Assembly (NCBI RefSeq): GCF_009914755.1
Contig: NC_060929.1
DNA: 64,000 nucleotides
DNA from: the human T2T-CHM13v2.0 reference genome, Homo sapiens
Strand: one strand, 5' to 3'
The notes under the pieces are model-generated. The model saw only the letters and a program-made list of their open reading frames with translations, made no database searches and had not been told where the DNA came from. The first letter of the stretch is position 1, and the number at the start of each line of letters is the position of its first letter. This document shows, piece by piece, positions 44,400-58,939 of this stretch. The translations under genes were made by a program, and so were the position numbers.

Positions 44400-46400
44400 A
44401 TATCAGAAAGAGTTAAAATACAAGGCTGGTCAAGGATATGAGGTTATCACCAGAAAAATAAGAAAACAGAGTGAATTCTTCTTAAAGAATAATTCAAAGC
44501 ATATAATATTAAACCAAAAAAGAAATGTTTATCTTATATCATAGAAGTGAATACAATCTTCAATGAAGCTGAAAAATTATTACTATTTTTTCTTGAAACA
44601 AGATAGCTTCATGACAAATAAAAATGTTGCAAACAATAAAACATAGATAGAGTTTGGTGGGATTCTTTAAAGCATCATCAATATTTTAAAAATCAAAGGA
44701 GTTTAAAAAGAGGTATATTGATTATTTTTGTCATATAAATAATTTTAATGTAAGTATGTTTATATGTGTCTATACAAAGCCATCAAATATATCTATATTA
44801 TATTTATAGAAAAAATCTATCACCAAAAAATGGTAGAGAAAATAATCAATAAATCCCAAAATGTAGATCTTTGTTTCAATAATATTAAAAAATAACTGTA
44901 AATTAATAAAAGCTTTAAATAATGCTAACCGTTAGTATTCACAAAAATTACCATGCAGAATAACCCTTACATGAAGATTTATATAACTTGAGAGATATTT
45001 AATGTTCATGCATAGACATACTTAATATTTTAAATGTGTCAAACTTCCTAAATCTAGATTCAAACTACCTCAAACAAGCTTCTTGAAACAATAAACTGTT
45101 CCTAAAATGTACATGGAAGTGCAAAGGATCAAAAACATGAACCCTCTCCAGAAAAAGAAAAGAGGGAAGAAAAGTACATAAGAAGCCTTTTATAAAACCA
45201 AAATATTAAGACTGTGTTGGGGTCATTCAGAGATAGGCAATTACCAATAGAAGAGAATAGATAATCACAAAAAAGACCCCATACTTATGAGGAACTTTGC
45301 TTTATGACAGATATGGCATGGCAGGTTTTGGGGCAAAGAAGTGACTATCCATAAGAAGAGTTGGAAAATGTGGATTTCATTAACTAGAAACAAGGCAGCA
45401 ACCATACATAAAAGATTGACAAATTTGACTGTATAAAAATTAAGAACTTTAGGTCATGAAAATGCATTTCAGAGAAAATGAAAAGACAAAACACAAACTG
45501 ACATAAAATAGTTGCAACATACGTAGACAACAAAGCATTCATTTCAAAATATATGAGGACTCTTATGGAACCATCAGAAAACAAGTAAAAAGAATAGAAA
45601 TAATATTCGGACATAATCAGGTATTTTGTAAGAAAAGTAATACAAATGGCCAATAAAGAGATGAAGATGTGCTGAACTCATTAGTAAGAATAAAAGTATA
45701 ATTCAAGATAACTATGAGATACTATTTCAGTCCCATTTAAAAGGCAGAAATTAAATCTGACTATACTGAATTTTACAGATGATGTGGATCACAGAGGTCA
45801 ATTATTCTGGCAGGAGCATAAATTGGAACAATCAGTATGGAAAACAATTTCGCATTGTCTTGTAAAAATGAGCTTTTGCTTCCCCTATAACCCTAATAGT
45901 TTCCTAAGTATCCAAGAGTAACTCTTTCAGAAGTCTACAAGGAGCATGTACAATTAAAGTTCAGAAAAGTATTTTTTTGAAGAGAGAAAACTTAAAACAT
46001 CATGAATCCCAAGAATATGATAAATACATTGCATTACAATTATACAATAGAATATGCATCAAGAAACATAATAAATGAATTATAGTTATGTGTAATATCA
46101 TAGGCAATCTTATTATGATAGTATTGGATGGAAGGTCACATGCAGTATGATCACCTTTATATAAAATTTGAAAATAGATAAAATGTAAAATATGTTGTTC
46201 AGTTGTATGTAAATAAATACACAAGTGCACACACACATATTGGGAGGAAGGGGAGTTGAATAGTAAAGGAGCACATAGAAGAAAATCTCACATAAGTTAA
46301 AGGTGATCATTTAATTCTCGTGTCACATGCTGAGTTGTCATATGTTCATTATATTATTTAAAAGTAAGTAAAATAAAAGAAAAGAAGGGCATTCATGGAC
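44400..46400 (+). mobile_element. Old L1M (ME/MC-type) ORF2 and 3' UTR remnant
   Basis: atgttcatgcatag...cctaaaatgtacatggaagtgcaaagg; gacaaatttgactgtataaaaattaagaactt; atacaaatggccaataa; ggaaaacaatttcgca. Confidence 0.75.
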
Positions 46401-46435
46401 TGATGACACTAATGTATTGTGACTTACGGATTTGA

Positions 46436-46762
<327 letters not shown>

Positions 46763-46899
46763 ACCTTGGATCCTTTAAAAGTAATGTATGGTTTAAGGAG
46801 GAAATTTGGTTGAATACGTTTAAGGAAATATTAATCCAACCTGTTTAATAAACATTACCTGTGAACATTGCATTTTGAAACTGTTCAAATATACCAAAT

Positions 46900-49200
46900 G
46901 ATTCATATTAATTAGAACAAAAAGTCCAAAAAGAGAAAACTACAAATTCTATTACACTATTTAAAATAGCAGACAAAAACAATTTTGAGCAAAATAATGT
47001 AAAAGTAGAAACTGATAAATTAAAAAATAGAAACGTAGAATTAATTCAATTTAATCCCTGTATCATTGGATACACACACAGACATCAAAGAGAGAGAGAA
47101 CATGAAATATATTAGAACATTAGGTATGAGAAGAAGGTATATATCCAAAATTAAATATAAATTTAACTGCTATCTGGGTTATTATTTTAAAATCTCACTT
47201 AAATGAATCTATATCTGAGCAGATACAAATTATTTACATTTTTCTAAAGGGTTAACTGATAAATTCTCAAAACATTTCAACTATCAGAAAAATCATCATA
47301 CTGTGTAAACAACTGCAGAAAACACAAAATAATAAATTCTCATGTTTTCAAACTAACAAAATTCTTCTCTTAATGATTTCCAAAACACATAAAAAGAAAA
47401 TGACAGATCATTCCTAATATTTAGTCAAATTTTTTAAAAAAATTAACGATATAATCCAGCAGTATGTTATAGAAATAATAAGTAAAATTAGTTCTAATAT
47501 GACAAAGGTGATTTAATATTTGAGAATATGTAATATGAAGCAAGTCATTCCAAATGAAAATTTCGTAAACATAATTTTATTTTTGTAATGGCATTTTAGA
47601 AGATTTCAATTATTCTGTAATTAAAAATTTAGCTATTTTAGGGTAAGAGAGATTCCATGAATATAGTGAATAGTAAATAACCTACATCATTGTTCATTTT
47701 CATTCAAATTAATAATAAAATGACCTTACTTTCTTTGACCAGAAACATTCATAATTGTTCTGGCAATTCTGATCAGTGAATGATGAAACAGAATTAGAGT
47801 TCTGTTTCTAATTATTTCAAGGAAAAGGGTGAGGTTGAAGATATCCTATCTAAAACTTTATGTAATATATATAATATATATAGATGATATATAGATATCT
47901 ATTATATCTAATGGATATACAGACATTACATAAGCCTTAAAGAGTCAGTCAATACTTGTTATTTATATAAGTTCAGTATTTTTTTGACTATAAATACTCA
48001 AAATAAATTATGTCATCAACCAAAGATGAAAAATAATTTCATTTACAATTGCTCCTCCAAAAAGTCACAAAAACGACATGGGAATAATTATAGAAAAAAA
48101 CTAATAGTATAATAATAATAAATTACAAAAATTTTTAGATTTATCAATTAAATTTAAATGTATGGATAATCACAGTTTGACCCTAGATTTTAAAAAATCA
48201 ATTCTTTCTAAACATTTTATTAGTTTATACAAAATAAATTAAAACTCCATGGTACTGATTTTGTCTCTTACCAAAATTTTTGCCAAGTTATCTGGAAAAA
48301 TTAATTTCCAGGAATAATTATGAAAAAATAAAGTCCATTGCCCAAAATACTGTACTGAGGAAAAGATTATTTCTTATAAACAGTCATATTAAGTTTTTCT
48401 TCTCATCTTGTATCTCAAAATAAATTTCAGGTTGATTAAAGTATCAAAGTTATAAAATGAAAATATTAATGGAAAACTGAATAAAATACAGGTCAATATT
48501 GAACTGATTTGTGGATAGGAAATAAAATGAAATGATTGAAAATATAACACAAATTTAATATATTGCTAAATAAAAATAAATGGTACTGAAGAACATTACT
48601 AAAATTAAATGTAAATGAAGAACTAGGAACACTGTAAGCAATGCAACTAAAAATTGGTATATTTAATCTATTAAAAGCATTCTAGTAACAGACCGTGGAT
48701 GTGAGAAGACAACACAAGGAATATGACCAGAAAATAAAAATTAAACATATTTAATTTTAATTATAAATGCTATTAAAATCAAATTGATTTATTAACAGTA
48801 ATTCACAAACATTCAGGAATGATAAAAATAATAATACTTAATAAGCTAAACAGGGAATTTCACTTTTAATAGAAGAGTAAATGAAGACAATCTCTCTGTA
48901 AAGCAATTCATTATCTTAAAATATTATTCTTTGAAATAGTAATTTTTAGAATCAGTTCCTAGAAATAATCAGTGACACACAGTTTTGTATATAGGATAAA
49001 TATATTCATCACAATATGATTGACGGCAAAATAACTGAGAAACAAATGAAATGTGAACTATGATAATTGAATTATAGCCCTAAAATGAATACTAATCATT
49101 AAAATGACATTTTAAACTTTTCGGAAGAATCGTTTAATTATTTTATACAAACTAATATGTCAACATTATTTTAAGAAGCAAGGAAAAGAGTCAAATAAAA
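46900..49200 (+). mobile_element. Highly degraded ancient L1 sequence
   Basis: A-rich with scattered L1 motifs (aaaataaatttcaggttgattaaag; gcattttagaagatttcaa; ttcatttacaattgc). Confidence 0.5.
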
Positions 49201-50471
49201 TAACCAAAATATATCTCTGTCCGGAAATAGCACATTTGGAGAACATCATTATTGGTCTCTTAGTATATAGATTTATACAGATTCTTTGAGTTCATTATGT
49301 TTGAGAATATTTTTGTCTTGCTGTTATAAGTAAGCCAACAAAAGCTGTTTATAGTATTCTTGTGTTATAATATATTCTCCTTGGATCTACAGATAATTCG
49401 TTCACTTGTGTCTGCAATTTGTTACTAAAAAAATCTATGGCCAATATGACTAAGCCTACCTCTCATCTCCATGAGTGACTTGATATTTTCTGCATGGACC
49501 CTGAAGAATTTTTCATTTTTCAACTTCAATAGTATAATCGCAATATATTTTGATGTCTCTTATTCTACATCATTTTTTAAAAATGTATTGTACCATTTTA
49601 ATATTGATACATACTTTTATTTAAAGGTTTGTTTCATTTGTTGGATTACCCACTTTTTCCCAGTGGAAGCCTTTTTTACATAAATACTATGATTTTTTCA
49701 GGCACGGCTAGTTGAACACAATGTTTCTAATTTAGTTTTTATTTTTATAAGTTTTGTATTGGTCCTTTTAACTATAAGCTCACTGTTTTTTCTTGATTGT
49801 GAGGCAAAGAGATATCCTTTTGTTTTTTTTTTTTTTCCTTTGTCCCTTGCACTGAGTTCTCTTTCAGATTAGGGTCTATGACATTTTTAAAAAAGTGACA
49901 TGCATTTCCTTTATCTCTTTCTGTGGTATGCTTGCTAATTTCCCATGCATTTTCTTTTCATCTTGTTCATGAATATGGTTAGCTGTGCCAAAACCCTTGT
50001 TTTTTGTTGCATCCTGTGGATCAATTCTCCTTGACTCCCTAAGTGGTCTCTCTGAAAGCTATTTTCCTCCTCATCCAACTACCTTTGTGATTTGAGATAC
50101 AGATTTTTTATTTCACTTTGAACAAAGAGTTTTGTGGCAACTATTGCCTGTATTGGGTATCCTGAGCACTGCTTAACTTTCGTTTATTTAATGTTATGAA
50201 CCAGGGTTCTCTCTACTTAGGCAGTAGTATATCAGGATCCCTAGGCAGAAGACTCGGGGTCTTGAATCATTCCCTACAGTTCCTCTTGCAGCACTTGAAA
50301 ATGGCTAGGAGCTTTTATTCTATAAGGTTTGAACCTCTGCTTTTCCTAGACTTCCTAGTAACTATGTTTATCCATTTGTTTTCAAATTTGATACTACTGA
50401 GAAGTTTGGAGATTTTCTTGACTCACATTCTTGCCCAAAATGACATCAAGGTGTTATGACATAAACATTGA

Positions 50472-50795
<324 letters not shown>

Positions 50796-53359
50796 GCAGT
50801 AGGTTTTATTTCTTACCTTGGTCAAACTTTTTTTAAAGATTATGACATGAAATTTTACTTCTAACAACTTCTAGCTGTTGGAGATTTTTGCTTGGATGTT
50901 ACTATTTTTTTCATTTTATCTAATGTTGAGGAAAGTAGATTTTATAATTCTGCTTTATTACCGAGAATTCTCCTTTTAAACTATACATTTTTGGGAAAAA
51001 AAGAGACAACCATATAAACATAAAATACCTATTTTCTAAAACAAATAAGTGTTTAAAAACAGAAATTTAAAAGAATGCATAATTTCTTTTGTTTAATTAT
51101 TGTTTTTTGATTTCCCCTGTTTTTTGAAGTAATTCTTATGAATATTTGGAGTGTCTCAGAAAAAAAAATGCTTATTTTGGAAATATGCAAAACATTCTCA
51201 ATCATGAAAGAACTAAATTTAAAAAACAACATTGGTATTTTGCAGGATTTAATTACATTTTTTAAGTTAGCATGTAAAATGTCCAATTGGCAGAACCTTG
51301 TTTATGAAGTCTTTTAAATATATAATGTAAAGGAAGTTTAAACACAATAGTATGCAAACACGGGAACTTTTGAGGAACAAACAGAGGTTTAACTTCAAAT
51401 GAGTATTTTAAAATAAAAATGTATTCAACGCTATATCTAGCACTCATTCCAATAGAAACCAATTCTAGGAAATCTCCCTTATTTCCTGAACCTGGGCACC
51501 TGAGGCTATTGGTGTGAGTCCTTTTCCTGCAGCAGGTGATGCCTTCAGCAACTGTGATGATCAGATTTCTGGTTTCCACAGACCAAACCTACTTTGAAAT
51601 CAGCTTCAGGACTGATATAGTATTACCAACATTTGTCAAAGTTCCAACAATAAAACAAATGTAAATGTAGCCTCTTCTCATTAGATCCTAAAAAATAAGA
51701 TTGTATACCAAACAACCCCCCTAAATATCTATAGGCTGTGAGACACAAAAGCTGATTTCCATAGTTTGTTCCCTTCTCTTAAAATTGTTTGAAACAGAAC
51801 ACTTTAGAGATCTTCCAAGAAATTTAGAGGGTTAAAGTTTCAGTTTTCAAAAGTGAAGTATTGGTTTAAGATTAAAATGATGCTAATCGTAAGTTTTGGA
51901 GTTGTGACTGCTGAAAAGCCAATAGTCTTCTCACAAACTATTGGATTATAGAAAAACCATAGTAGAAAACATGGGGCTGTGGAGCACATTGTTCTAATGT
52001 GAGGTATATTATATATAGCACAACCCTTTTCACATTAGGAGGTGAGATGTGTATATTTCACTTAATTGGAAACATCCTTTCCCCCTAGAAAAGGTGATTC
52101 ATAAAGTCCTATTGGAGAGGGCACACTCACAATTCAAGATATAAAATGGACTCATGCAGTCACAAAACAATGAGGAACTGAACCTACTGCAGGCAAATCA
52201 CTTCAATTCATTACAAAATGAAATTTAGGACTGGACTATTTCATTCTGGATTGCTTTTTGCAACCTCGTAATCTGTTTAATGGAAGTAATTTGTTAATAA
52301 AACAGTGGTAATGAAACAGAAGTATCTGTTTACAGCAGTTCCCTTATAGTTCTTGTGCTTATGCCTGCTTTCATTATTCATAGAGAAAGGTACACAATGT
52401 AGTCTGGTGTACATCAGTAATAGAAAACCACTTACAGGAGGATGGGAAAGGACATCATCAATAGAGTATAATGTCTGTATTTGGAATCATTATTGCCCTC
52501 TTTGGAGTGTTTTTTCACCCTTGAAGGCAATAGATCTTGAAGCAAGCTAAAAGCTACAATAAAAATATATTTTATCTTTAGACCTTTAAACAGTATCTCT
52601 TTGATCTAAATGGTCTCTCTGCTTCAGCAATTACCATTTAAGTTTTTCTCCTTTCTTCAGTTGGGAGCACATATATTCTAGTCTGAACCAATAATAAAAT
52701 TCTAGAAACAAAGCGCTTTTTCAAAAATAGATGAACATTTTTTCCCTTTATCTGTGGAAGCTTATTTTTTTTCTGTTTAACCACATTTATTGATAACTGA
52801 TTTGGGTTATTTCTGTAATCTGCACGAAATCTTTAGATCCCTTAATAAAAACAGGTAGAAGACAAACGATCATAATCCCCTCTAACTAAAATGACAATTT
52901 TTTAAAAGTTCATTGAAAAAATTAGTAAGATTTTTTGATAATGTATGAAAAAAATTTATATTACTTCAGTTCTGAATGAACGGATTCCTTTTTTTAGTTA
53001 GATTTAATAAATGAATTCCAAATAGATTCTTTAAAAAAGATATTTACTATGCAAAATATAATTTGTTGGGTAAACTTGCTGAATATGTGTTATAACAGAA
53101 TAATATGAAAGAATATCTAAAGTGAAAACTTTCAACTACATTCTGAACAAAAATCCCTTTAAAATACAATTTGTTTTAATACCTTATAATATCATGTATA
53201 AAAATCTCATTATTTGTAAATTAGTTGATAAATGTTATAAAGGGGTGATAAAAGCTTTATTCAGAATATCAAAACAAGTTATATTGAATAATACTGGGGG
53301 AAAATACAAAATTTCAATTACAAGATGGGTAAGTTATAGACAATCTAATGTAAGCACAG

Positions 53360-54729
53360 TGTGTCCAGAATTGGTGGGTTCTTGGTCTCACTGACTTCAA
53401 GACTGAAGCCGCGGACCCTGGCCGTGAGTGTTACAGTTCTTAAAGATGGTGTGTCCCGAGTTTGTTCCTTCTGCTGTTTGGACGTGTTTGGAGTCTCTTC
53501 CTTCCTTCTGGTGGGTTCAGGAGTGAAGCTGCAGACCTTCTCGGTGAGTGTTATAGCTCATAAAGGTAGTGTGGACACAAAGAGTGAGCAGCAGCAAGAT
53601 TTATTGCAAAGAGCGAAAAAACAAAGCTTCCACAGTGTGGAAGGGTACCCGAGTGGGTTGCTGCTGCTGCTGGCTCCGGAAGGCAGTCCGCTTTTATTCC
53701 CTTATCTGAACCCACCCGCATCCTGCTGATTGGTCCATTTTACAGAGAGCTGATTGGTCCGTTTTAAAGAGTGGTTCTGAGCTAGACACAGAGTGCTGAT
53801 TGGTGCATTTACAATCCTTTAGCTAGACATAAAAATTCTCCAAGTCCCCACCAGATTAGCTAGATACAGAGTGCTGATAGGTGAATTTGCAGTCCTCTAG
53901 CTACACATATAAGTTCTCCAAGTCCCCTCCAGATTAGCTAGATACAGAGTGCTGATTGGTGCATCCACAAACCCCCGAGCTAGACACAGAGTGCTGATTG
54001 GCACATATACAGTCTCTGAGCTAGACATAAAAGTTATCCAAGTCCCCACCGGACTCAGGAGCCCAGCTGGCTTCACCTAGTGGATCCAGCGCCTGGGCCT
54101 TGGTGGAGCTGCCCAACAGTCCCGCGCTGTGTGCCGCCTGCACTCCTCAGCCCTTGGGCAGTCGATGGGACTGGGTGCTGTGGAGCAGCGGGCAGAGCCC
54201 TGCCGGGGAGGCTAGGGCTGCCCGGGAGCCCACGGGGAAGGAGGAAAGGGGACGAGGGGGGGAGGGGTGCGAGGGGTGGGCGGGTTCGGGCATGGCGGGC
54301 TGCAGGTCCTGAGCCCTGCCCTGCCGGGAGGCGGCTAACACCTGGCGAGAATTCAAGCGTAGCACAGACGGGCCATCAGTGCTGGGGTACCCAGCGCCCC
54401 CTCCACAGCTGCTGGCCTGGGTGCTAAGCGCCTCACTGCCCAGGCCGGCGGCGCCCGCCCGCTAAGAGTGTGGGTCCCACCGAGCCCACGCCCACCCGGA
54501 ACTCCGCGCTGGCCTGCCAGTGCGGTGCGCAGCCCCGGTTTCCGCCTGTGCCTCTCTCTCCACACCTCCCCCAAACCGAGGGAGCCGGCTTCGGCCTCCA
54601 CCAGCCCAGAGAGGGGCTCCCACAGTGCAGCGGCGGGCTGAAGGGCTCTTCAAACGTGACCAGAGCGGATGCCAAAGCCCAGGAGGCGGTGAGAGCGAGC
54701 GAGGGCTGCTAGCACCTTCTCATCTCTCA
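53360..54729 (-). mobile_element. LTR12 (ERV9/HERV9) solo LTR, ~1.37 kb
   Basis: tgtgtccagaattggtgggttcttggtctc (reverse of the LTR12 3' end); gctagacacagagtgctgattggtg tandem units; GC/CpG-rich U3 ending catctctca. Confidence 0.96.
53690..54001 (-). promoter_or_regulatory. LTR12 promoter: CCAAT (NF-Y) cluster and AATAAA TATA-like box
   Basis: Five ATTGG motifs (~53729, 53753, 53799, 53955, 53997) and one mutated ATAGG (~53877). cttttattcc at 53691-53700 reads GGAATAAAAG on the minus strand. Confidence 0.7.
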
Positions 54730-55179
54730 ATAATAATTACAGTTAATAATTTTGTATTGTTTACTTGAAATTTGATGAGAGCAGATTTTCTTTACCTCCA
54801 TCCCCCACAGGCAAAATGGTAACTATGGGTGATTATGGATGATGATAGATGTGTTAATTAATTTTATTGTGGTTATTGCACAATGTATACATATATGAAA
54901 TCTTCACATTTTATACTTTGAATATATACAATCTTTATTTGTCAATTGTAAAGCTGGAAAAAAGACTGGGGTGGGATCTTCCGATTTAAATCAGTTAAAA
55001 CATTATTTGAAAAGATAGGTTTTTAATTTTTGAAATCATATATATGAACTAAAAATTAGATGGGAGTTTTAAATCCCAGGATTATTTTCAAATTAAGGAT
55101 TTTCTGTGTATTAGGACATGACCAACCTGCCAATTATTGTATTGCCAAATACGGGCAATATGTAAATCTTAACTTCATC

Positions 55180-55345
55180 ACACTTCATTGCTGGTGATGT
55201 TACATAAACCATTTGAGGTATTTCTTCGTATGTGAAATAGAAATAAGGATAATTTCTACCATATATGGGTTTCCATGATTAAATGAGATTACACATCAAA
55301 GCACAGAATCTGGACTAGACGCAACATTCAATGACATTAGCCCAT
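55180..55345 (+). mobile_element. MIR fragment
   Basis: tttcttcgtatgtgaaatag...gattaaatgagat...aaagcacagaatctggac. Confidence 0.6.
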
Positions 55346-55792
55346 CATTAGTAGATGTTTGAAGAGGTAGAGCTCAATGGTGCTTGTTTCCAGTCCTGTG
55401 CCTTTTCTCCCTGACCCAGCTAAGAGAGAACAAAAATGGTGCTTGTTGGGCTGTGCTGGTGGAATGAAACTCAGATTAAGGGAAGGCAGATTTTATGTGT
55501 CCATTCAAATTAGCTTCCCTGGGACTAGTTCTAACAGATTTTAAAACAAACCATAAAGTTGCAATACTTAACATACGTCATTCAATTTCTAAGTGTTGCA
55601 CCTGATGTGATTTCTGGTCTCTAGACCTCACAATGTTATAGACAGGAATAGACACAGAACTATATCCATGTAAAGGGAGAGGGCATTTACCTATAAAAGA
55701 TGATAGAAATGTTCTTATGAGCCTTCCACAGAATCTGCTAAATGTATGTGAATGGCTTTGACTATTAAACTCTTCTGTGCTGACAGCTCTGT

Positions 55793-56590
55793 GCAAGAGA
55801 GGCTACATACTTTGTGGGGCTCAGTGCATAATGACAATGCCAGGCTCCACTTTAAGTAGTAAAAAACAAGTACTAGTAAATGTACTAAAATATAAAGATT
55901 TTTTCTTTCTTCTGCAGTCTCTCTTAACCTGAAAAAATATATATGTTCAATTTACTATTTAATCTCATTCTTCCTCAGGCTTGGGGATACCTGTGGGGCC
56001 ATTGCAGATACTCACAGGCAACTGAGGGCCCTGTCCCATAAGTAAGCAGGCTTGCACGGGCCCCCAGTTGGTGTTTCCCCTCTCCCTCAAGCTGCCAGAC
56101 CAACAAACTCTATTTTATAGAGGGCAGGGACATCAAGCTGGGCCACAACCTAAGTGGACTAACAACTCGGGTGGACCAACAACTCCAAAGAATATTCAAC
56201 TTCTGCTCTGGAAGGTGAGCACTAGTTAAACATATCAGTGGTGGGTAAAGAATGACCTCCACGAAGTCCCATTGTGCCCCTCCCCAGGACTCCACAGGGT
56301 GAGCACACCTTACCCACCCTCCAGACGCTTCTGCTCAGGCTCCAGCTGGTGACCCAGGATAGCAGCAGTCTCTGGGAAGGAGAGGGGAGGGAGAGACCAA
56401 GAATATGTCCAGAGGAAGTGGAGGGAGATGGAACTGCTAGTGAGCAGAGGTTCCAAATACCTGTGAGTATGCTCTGTTTTCTAAAGAGTTTCACCAGCAA
56501 CACACAAATTCAAAGATAAAAGTATTAAGATTTTTAAGATAGAGACGCCATTAAACCCCAAGTGCTAGTCTTTCTATCCCCAGAGCCTTG
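55793..56590. mobile_element. MER115/Zaphod-family non-autonomous hAT-Tip100 element
   Basis: ggctacatactttgtggggctcagtgcataatgacaatgc...gtactaaaatataaag; right end acacaaattcaaagataaaagtattaaga resembles 62211-62250. Confidence 0.65.
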
Positions 56591-56621
56591 CCCTCTGTCA
56601 CTGCTCTTATTGCAAGCTCAT

Positions 56622-56639
56622 TGAGAGAGAGAGAGACCA

Positions 56640-56688
<49 letters not shown>

Positions 56689-56690
56689 GG
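56622..56690. repeat. (GA)n microsatellite
   Basis: Read directly. Confidence 0.95.
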
Positions 56691-58939
56691 AGGAAAAGAA
56701 GAGACAGGAAAGGGGAAAGAAAGATATTCTTAGCATTTAGGATGTGCCTCACTGGAACATCAAGTAGTGTTGAGATGTTGGCATTCATTTCACCTTAAGT
56801 AATATCTCTTTATTTTAAATACCATATTTATGAATACAAGTAAAACATAATAACCTCTGAATAAAGATTCCTTGATAGACTGTCTTTGGGGTTGGATGCA
56901 TCCCTGACAGCAACCTGCCTTTCCCAGCACTGCTTTTCAGATAGACCCCCAGGGAGATTTGTGTGCTTATCATCCAACTGATTTTCCTAACTACCATCCC
57001 TACTGCCGTCATTGACTAATGTGACTAAATGCTTTTCCTCCTGTTTCAGTAGATAGCCTATTAGGGTTCTCTGTGTGATTTAATTAAATAAGTTACTCCC
57101 CAGAGTTCAAAGTCAGAAAATACTTTTTGAAATTGGAACAATTAGGTATACACAGAAAATACATGAAATTAAGTGGAAAGATCTCTAAGAAGCTGTTTCT
57201 ATTACTGTCCTTTTTAAAGAAGTCCACTCATTCTCTCATTCTCCGCATGCTTAATTCTGGGAGTGAGAATAGGAATGTGTCTTCTGCTCTTGACCAACAG
57301 CCCGCTTCTTTGAATAGTCGATGTTGTTTTCTCATATTCCTCACTACTCTTAGCCAGAACTTCCTTATATGCTTTTGAAAATTTGGCAACTAATTTAGGA
57401 TGTGCTTCCCTCTTTCGGGTCTTTCAAGTTACAGTGGGAGCCTGAAGGGCTGTTGGCAAGATGAAGCCAGCACCTTAGCAATTTGATTTTCATGAGGAAA
57501 GGATGATCTCCATCCTACTTCAGCATCAACCCACACCTAAAGTTCCTCAGTAGAGCTAGTTATCACTGACAACTCTTTCAGTTGTGAAATCTTAGAGTCA
57601 GTCCATTACTTGACTCTTAAAAACTTCCTATTCTCTGAGTTCCTATTTCTCACCAGCTTACTCATATTGAATTTGTTCATCTCACATGCATCCAGATTTC
57701 CAGTCCTGTGCCTTTTCTCCCTGAGCCAGCTAAGCCTTCTTTTTTCTCTTTCTTCCCTTTTCCATCCTCAACTCCTTGGGCTGTCACCATAATCTTGCTT
57801 GTTTTCTCTTCCATCACATACACTTGCAAGATTTCAACTTTGATTCCATTCACAACACCCTTTTCTGTTTCTATGCCTTACAAGTGTCATAGTGACAGGA
57901 AAACAAAAACAAAAACAAAAAAACTATCGCTGTCATGGAATTTTACTTCAGATTTACAGTTCATAGCTTCAACCAAGCAATACTTTCATTTTTCCCAGAA
58001 TTTATTGTTTGGCCATCACCAGGTTTTTTGCCCCTTCCCTGGGTGTCTCCCATTTTTTGTCACTTTCCATGTGGCCTTCATTCTACTTTAGCATTTCTTT
58101 AGCAAATAACCTCCCCACTTCACAGAAAGTAGAAAGGTAGTTAGAAATAAAAGCAATAACGTGTGAAAAAAAAATAACCAGAGGGATAAATGGGATATTA
58201 GATACTGCAGATATTAGATACTAGAAAGCTAGAAATGATTTGCCCACATCTCATATATTCATTCTCCCTTCCTCTTGACACTATGAAGGTATATGTGTCT
58301 GTACCAGTTCTGGTCTTTCTCCTTTCAGACTCCTTGTGTATGAACAGAAGTGATGCCTACTCTTTTTTTGAAATGTGCTTTTCTGTTTTTATCTTTAACA
58401 CTTTACTTATAGTTTGGCTCTTTTCTTCCAGCAGATGAGCAATTGCTAGTTTCCCCACCTTATCCGTATGGAAAACAAAAATTTAATTCCCTACATCATT
58501 ATGCTCTCTACCAACCTCTCTGTTTCTAGTTTACAGTTAAAGTTTTTGAAAGACCATTCTATATTGGCTATTATAGGTGGTCACATACAAATTATAAGCA
58601 AACATTCACTTCCACTTGATTACCAAACATATTGTAACTCAGGAACCCAAAGATGTTCTAAGGGCACTGTCTCACTTCCTTTTCTTGTCCAGCTCTGACT
58701 TTTCTGAGGAATTTGGCATAACTGATTACTACTGTATTCTTGATTCTACCTTAAGCCTTTCGTATTTGCCTTTCCATTTTTCTTTTTCTTCCTTCCATGA
58801 CCACTCCTGCTTTGTTCCTTTTTACAGGCCTTTCATTATTTTTTTATTTTGGTTTTACTAGGAAACTATTCAGGCCTTCATCTGTGTCTCATTTTCTTCA
58901 GTTTCTGTGTGAAATTATCTAAACACATGAATTGGTTCT

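Larger units (their letters stand above)
53295..54960 (+). mobile_element. L1MA 3' end fragment split by LTR12
   Basis: tacaaaatttcaatta...atctaatgta | acagttaataattttgtattgtttacttgaaatttg...gatgtgttaatta...tttatttgtcaatt. Confidence 0.75.
55387..57734 (+). repeat. Dispersed 38-bp direct repeat (55387-55424 and 57697-57734)
   Basis: tttccagtcctgtgccttttctccctga[c/g]ccagctaag; 37/38 identical. Confidence 0.95.

Noticed and set aside
53720-54050. Repeat-spacer-like pattern resembling a CRISPR array
   Set aside because: These are the known LTR12 U3 tandem units. The sequences between repeats are themselves repeated, the DNA is eukaryotic, and there are no cas genes.
53361-54768. Many overlapping GC-rich ORFs suggesting a gene or CpG-island promoter
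   Set aside because: Explained entirely by LTR12; high GC content reduces stop codon frequency.
58194-58222. 13-bp tandem duplication gatattagatact (similarly gtggac[t/c]aacaactc at ~56154)
   Set aside because: Ordinary short slippage duplications.
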